This document shows positions 59,801 to 64,000 of a stretch of 64,000 bases of DNA, piece after piece. Under the pieces are notes generated by a model. The model had not been told where the DNA came from and searched no databases. It saw only the letters and a program-made list of their open reading frames with translations. This stretch comes from Deltaproteobacteria bacterium (GTDB taxonomy: Bacteria; Myxococcota_A; Polyangia; HGW-17; JAJRWW01). The position numbers and the translations under genes are program-made. How positions within the stretch are numbered: position 1 is the stretch's first letter; each line of letters begins with the position of its first letter. Location of the stretch: assembly GCA_029938605.1 (NCBI GenBank), contig JAOZUO010000013.1:6462-70461 (forward strand), given 5' to 3'.

Positions 59801-61246
59801 GTCCGCCTCGAGATCAAACTCACTTCCCGGTACGGGTACAGGCCGCCGCCGGCCCGAGGAGTCAGGCTCGCCCAGCTCCATGCGGATGCAGCGCATGCCC
59901 TTGACCTTGCCGCCCTCCACCAGGATCTCCTGGGGCGCGGCCAGGTACTCGATCTGGACGTCTTCGGCCTCCGCCGCCTCGATCTCTTCCTCCCAGGCGG
60001 GCATCTCCGTACGGGTCCGCCGGTAGACGATCTGCACGGACTGGGCCCCGAGGCGAACCGCCGCCCGGGACACGTCGATGGCCACATTTCCGCCACCGAT
60101 AATGAGGACCTTCTTGCCCACCTGGGTCTTGCCCGTGAGGTTCACCTCACGCAGGAAATCCACACCCTGCCGCACGCCGTCAGCGTCGTCGCCCTCCACG
60201 GCGAGGTCGTAGCCCTTGTGGGCACCCACGGCCAGATACACGGCCTTATAGTCCTTGAGCAGGTCGTCCACCGTGAGATCCGGACCGAGGGGGGTGGAGG
60301 TCTTGATCTCCACGCCGAGGTTCGTGATGACCTCGATCTCCTGGTCGAGAATCGCCTCGGGCAGGCGGTGGTTCGGGATGCCCACCCGGAGCATTCCGCC
60401 CGCCTTGGGAAGGGCCTCATAGATGGTGGACTTGATGCCCTGGCGTGCCAGGTGGTAGGCCGCCGACAGGCCGGCCGGGCCGGACCCCACGATGGCCACC
60501 TTCTCGGGACGCTCCTCCATGCAGTCGATCTTCACCTGGCGGGGATCGAACTGATCCGCGGCCAGCCGCTTGAGCCGACAGATGGAGACGGGCTCGTCCA
60601 CGTCACAGCGCCGGCAGGCGTCCTCACACTCGTGGGGACAGATGCGCCCCAGGACGCCGGGGAGGGGCAGATCGTCCATGATGATCTCGAGGGCGCGCTC
60701 GTACTTGCCCTCCTTGACCATCTGCACGTAGCCCTGGACGTTGAGACCCGCCGGACAGGAGAGCCGGCAGGGCGCGCGATCCGTCTTCTGGATGGCGAAG
60801 ACGCCCGGGATGGCCTGGGCATACTTCTTATAAGCAGCCTTGCGGGTGCCGAGCCCTTCGTCGAACTCGTCTGGGAGCACAACGGGACAGACCTTCTCGC
60901 ACTCACCGCAGGAAGTACACTTGTCGAGATCCACGAAGCGAGGCTGGGTCCGCACCCGCGCGGAAAAGTTCCCCGGATCGCCCTCCAGGGCTTCCAGCTC
61001 GGTTCCCGTGAGCAACTCGATGTTCAGATGCCGGCCGACCTCGACCAGTTTAGGTGAAATAATTCACATGGTGCAGTCATTGGTGGGGAAGGTCTTGTCC
61101 AGCTTGGACATCACCCCACCAATGGCTGTGGACTTCTCCACCAGGTACACGTAGTAGCCAGATTCAGCCAGATCCAGCGCCGATTGCATGCCAGCAATGC
61201 CGCCGCCGACTACCATCACGGAGCCTGCAAGGTCCTGTTTGCTCAT
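56828..61246 (-). CDS. hdrA: HdrL-type large HdrA with inserted GltD/NfnB-like NAD(P)H module, selenoprotein, 1472 aa
   Basis: [19 protein letters not shown] (TGA 61064-61066); [21 protein letters not shown]; [11 protein letters not shown]; [13 protein letters not shown]; Hdr[16 protein letters not shown]; terminal ferredoxin motifs. Confidence 0.93.
61031..61048 (-). promoter_or_regulatory. Bacterial SECIS hairpin for hdrL
   Basis: Identical 18-mer to the hdrA SECIS, 15 nt after UGA. Confidence 0.75.
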
Positions 61247-61576
61247 CGTGTCGATCCTGCCTCTCGTCGTGATCCCAAACCGTCGGATTGCGCCAAATGA
61301 ACAGAATACAAACCACCCTGCCCCCTACAGCCGGGAACCAGGCGCCCCGAGCCGGTACCGCGCTGGTGAGTGCGGAAACGCTAACGTCGGGATATCCCTA
61401 TTCTAAAACCTATTTGTCAGCACAAACCGAATACAACTAACCACCTGAAATGAATAAACAAAATCCAGACGGTGGCCAGTGACAATATCCATAGCATGGT
61501 GGTAGTGAAGATCGCAAGGGGAAAAGGCCGGATCTTCCGGATTATTCAACTCCAATAGGAAAACAATGGTTTCTCT

Positions 61577-61600
61577 ATGTACTAGAAAACATTAGTACAT
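61577..61600. promoter_or_regulatory. Palindrome ATGTACTA-N8-TAGTACAT in AT-rich leader of the hdr operon
   Basis: Perfect 8-bp arms, about 330 nt upstream of the hdrL start. Confidence 0.5.
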
Positions 61601-61656
61601 TAAAAAGCCCCCTAAGTAGGTTTATATTCTCTGTTTTCCGTCGGGGATCTGGGAGC

Positions 61657-63171
61657 TTAACGCGCCACGGTCTCCGTTTGGGAGGTGTCCATCTTCTGAC
61701 GGGCCTTCTCGATCATCGCGAGCACTTTTTCGGCCATCATGGGAGGAGTCTCTCGACGGAGTCGTTCCTCATCGATGGAGCTCCAGGCGCGCAGGGCATG
61801 CACCTTCTGTCCCGTGGGCCATAGCCGCAAGGACGCCCCCACCAGGGCCAGGGTCCGACGCGGCTCCTGGAGGGTCTTCGCCGTGTCCAGCAGCTCGTCC
61901 ACGTAGGGCACCAGGTCATCGGAGCCGCGACTGGGCGGCCAGCAGGCCAGCAGCTTCTGCAGGGCAACCAGCCGGGCCACGGGCTCCTCGTCCACGGCCC
62001 CGGCCAGGGCGCGCTCAAGCAGCTCGGTGGCGCGCTCGGAGCGCCGCTTCGCCTGGAGGGCGTCAGCCCGCATGGTCGCCACATTGAGTCGATCCAGGGG
62101 CGTGAGCCGGGCGTCATCTATCTCCCGCAGCAGCGTCCGCGCTCGCTCCGAGCGGCCGAGGCCCAACCAGGCCCGGGCCACGGAGGTCTTGAGGGCGATA
62201 AGGACCTCGGAGTCCAGGTCCTCCTCCATGAGACGGGAGCCCGCCGCCACCACCGCCTGACCAAGCTCCTTGGTCAGGCCCTGGTTCCCGATGACCACAC
62301 CCAAGGCGGTAAGACAGGCCGCAACGGGGGTGGTGCGGTGGCCGTTTTCCACCAACGCCTCCAACGCGGTGGCGCAGCGTCTCACCGCCTCCGCGGAGAT
62401 CTGGAATCGCTCGGCGAGCTGCAAAATGCGCTCAAGGGCCTCAATGTCGTCGTCGGGCTCGGGCGACTCCATGGCCAGGTTCAGCGCGCGCACGAGCAGC
62501 TCTTCGGCACGATCCGGGTCGGTCTCTCCCTCCGTTGCCATGGCCTCCTCCATGACGTGGCCGTACTCCGCTCGGATCTCATCGAGGTGGCGGCTGTCCA
62601 TGGGGGTGTGCTTCCCTGAAGGCTCCCCGGCGGTGATCCCCCGCAACCGGTACAGCTCCCTCCGGGGAAGCGCTGCCGCCGCGGCCAACCGTACGGTCTG
62701 CGCCAACAGCGGGTACTTGCGCGGGTCGATTCCCGGCAGGAAGGTCTGGTACATCCCGGGCAGGCACGCCAGCAGCCCGACATCGGCGCTCACCAGGCGA
62801 ATGGCGCCCGCCAGGTGCACCCGCCCCCGGAGGATGTCCAGGGCGTATCGCCGGAGCCCGTCGCTGGCAGGCAAATCTCCGCGATGCTCCACGATGGTCT
62901 CCAGCACCCGGTGAAACCCGATGGTGTTCTGCGCCTCCACGTAGAAGGCCCAGTCCAGCCCCTGGGTACCAAACAGCGAGGCGGTATCGGTGGACTCGAG
63001 CTCCTGCTCCGCCGAGCCGGCCCACCCCGCGCTGATGAGCAGCACCTCGTCATCCACCTCCCCCCAGCGCAGTCGCATGTCCAGAATTCCGGCCGCCTGA
63101 TCCTGGCGGTAGGAAGCGAACAGATCGCTGGCCAACTGCAGCTTGTCCTCGTGTCCTTCTTCACTCGTCAT
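61657..63171 (-). CDS. Hypothetical helical-repeat (TPR-like) protein
   Basis: Long open frame, Ala/Leu/Glu-rich helices; probable ATG at 63171 (MTSEEGHEDK). Confidence 0.6.
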   Translation of the reverse strand: MTSEEGHEDKLQLASDLFASYRQDQAAGILDMRLRWGEVDDEVLLISAGWAGSAEQELESTDTASLFGTQGLDWAFYVEAQNTIGFHRVLETIVEHRGDLPASDGLRRYALDILRGRVHLAGAIRLVSADVGLLACLPGMYQTFLPGIDPRKYPLLAQTVRLAAAAALPRRELYRLRGITAGEPSGKHTPMDSRHLDEIRAEYGHVMEEAMATEGETDPDRAEELLVRALNLAMESPEPDDDIEALERILQLAERFQISAEAVRRCATALEALVENGHRTTPVAACLTALGVVIGNQGLTKELGQAVVAAGSRLMEEDLDSEVLIALKTSVARAWLGLGRSERARTLLREIDDARLTPLDRLNVATMRADALQAKRRSERATELLERALAGAVDEEPVARLVALQKLLACWPPSRGSDDLVPYVDELLDTAKTLQEPRRTLALVGASLRLWPTGQKVHALRAWSSIDEERLRRETPPMMAEKVLAMIEKARQKMDTSQTETVAR

Positions 63172-63245
63172 GGTCGTAGTCCCCTGTCTTCCCAACTGGT
63201 TCCCAAGGTACCCACTCAGTATCCCGACCCCCCCCCGCCCGGTCA

Positions 63246-63295
63246 ATACGGAAATACCACATACGGAAATACCACCTGACATACGGAAAACCATC
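63246..63295. repeat. Three direct repeats of ATACGGAAATACCAC in a divergent intergenic region
   Basis: 63246-63260 and 63261-63275 exact; 63281-63295 degenerate. Confidence 0.85.
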
Positions 63296-63351
63296 GGGGC
63301 TGGTCGAATAACTTGCATACCCCAGGGTGTCGAGGCAGATCCTTTACCTCC

Positions 63352-64000
63352 ATGCGACGGTTTCATGACATGGCCCTCTGGGCGCTCGTGGTGCTCGCGA
63401 TGTCCATGGCTGCCTGTGACAACGACCCGAGCGCCAGCGACGCTCCGGACCCTGTCCATGGCGGAACCGACACCGCGCCGCCGCCGACTTTCAGAGCCGA
63501 CGCCTGGCCCGAGGCCGACGCGCTCTTCGAGGGAGACCCGCGCTGGATCGGTGGCGACGCGGCCTACTCGGTAGACCTGGGCAACGACCGGGTGCTCTGG
63601 CTCTTCGGCGACAGCTTCATCGCCACCGGGGCCAACCGGTTGCGCAGCGAGTCGGCGATGGTTCGCAACTCCATCGCCATCCAGACCGGCCGGGATCCGT
63701 CCACGGCGACGGCGGCCTTCCATTGGCGAGAGCCCAACTCCCCCGCCGCGCCGGAGGCCTACTTCTCCGAGCCGCTGTCCATGGAGACCTGGCTCTGGCC
63801 CCTGGGCGGTGCGCCCGTAGGCAACGGGGTGCTGCTGTTTTTTACCCGGGTGACGCCTACAAGCACGGGCCTGGGATTCGACGGCGTGGACTGGCAGGCC
63901 CGCTGGGTCGAAAACCCCGACGACGACCCGGACCTGTGGCGGATATCCACGCCCGAGGCGCCGGCCAATCCCTGGCGCATTTTCCTCGGCACCGCGGTGA
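63352..64000 (+). CDS. Lipoprotein of DUF4185/DUF5005-like beta-propeller type, truncated at right edge (absent from ORF track)
   Basis: MRRFHDMALWALVVLAMSMAAC; WIGGDAAYSVDLGNDRVLWLFGDSFI; no stop before 64000. Confidence 0.7.
   Translation, partial: MRRFHDMALWALVVLAMSMAACDNDPSASDAPDPVHGGTDTAPPPTFRADAWPEADALFEGDPRWIGGDAAYSVDLGNDRVLWLFGDSFIATGANRLRSESAMVRNSIAIQTGRDPSTATAAFHWREPNSPAAPEAYFSEPLSMETWLWPLGGAPVGNGVLLFFTRVTPTSTGLGFDGVDWQARWVENPDDDPDLWRISTPEAPANPWRIFLGTAV

Noticed and set aside
56861-61057. 1398-aa plus-strand ORF, and similar long antisense ORFs such as 54149..55864, 50563..51873, 48889..50553 and 39070..40854
   Set aside because: They mirror real genes codon for codon; stop-poor antisense frames are expected with high GC3.
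51262-61246. Reading the hdrA, mvhD and hdrD fragments as pseudogenes or separate small ORFs
   Set aside because: Each break is a single in-frame TGA at a Cys position with a downstream hairpin; there are no frameshifts or other decay.
61247-61656. SAM riboswitch or Rex box upstream of the metF-containing operon
   Set aside because: No SAM-I core elements and no TTGTGAA-N4-TTCACAA-like site seen by eye.
63246-63295. CRISPR array or replication iterons
   Set aside because: Units are 15 bp with no unique spacers; no cas or rep gene nearby.

Overview
High-GC bacterial chromosomal window, about 40 protein genes. I saw no rRNA, tRNA or CRISPR array. The accessory genes look like Myxococcota: a membrane Ser/Thr kinase, Cys/Asp-rich repeat lipoproteins, DUF4215-type repeats, a VWA lipoprotein and a MYXO-CTERM tail. 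Taxonomy is inference only. Main results: (1) A ~15 kb minus-strand operon (61246 to ~46047) reads hdrL(hdrA+GltD-like)-mvhD-hdrA-mvhD-hdrD-like-metV-metF-PAS kinase-sigma54 regulator-archaemetzincin. The ORF track shows its five first genes as broken. Each break is one in-frame TGA at a conserved Cys position, with a G-loop hairpin 14-16 nt downstream, so these are five selenoproteins with five bacterial SECIS elements. (2) The last 86 bp of a standalone fusA paralog are duplicated 3440 bp downstream. Between the copies is a 3.3 kb cassette bounded by IS903-like inverted repeats. It carries a frameshifted transposase tail, a lipoprotein with a hydrophobic C-terminus and a coupled membrane protein. 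(3) Several unusual proteins: an M20 amidohydrolase lacking its metal ligands, a TerB-like/PPP phosphatase fusion, a GcvH-like protein lacking the lipoyl lysine behind a consensus sigma54 promoter, an LRR/papain-like lipoprotein, and a Rossmann-PAS histidine kinase. (4) Short degenerate tandem repeats sit at four convergent gene junctions. All family assignments come from motif reading and recall; no database search was run.
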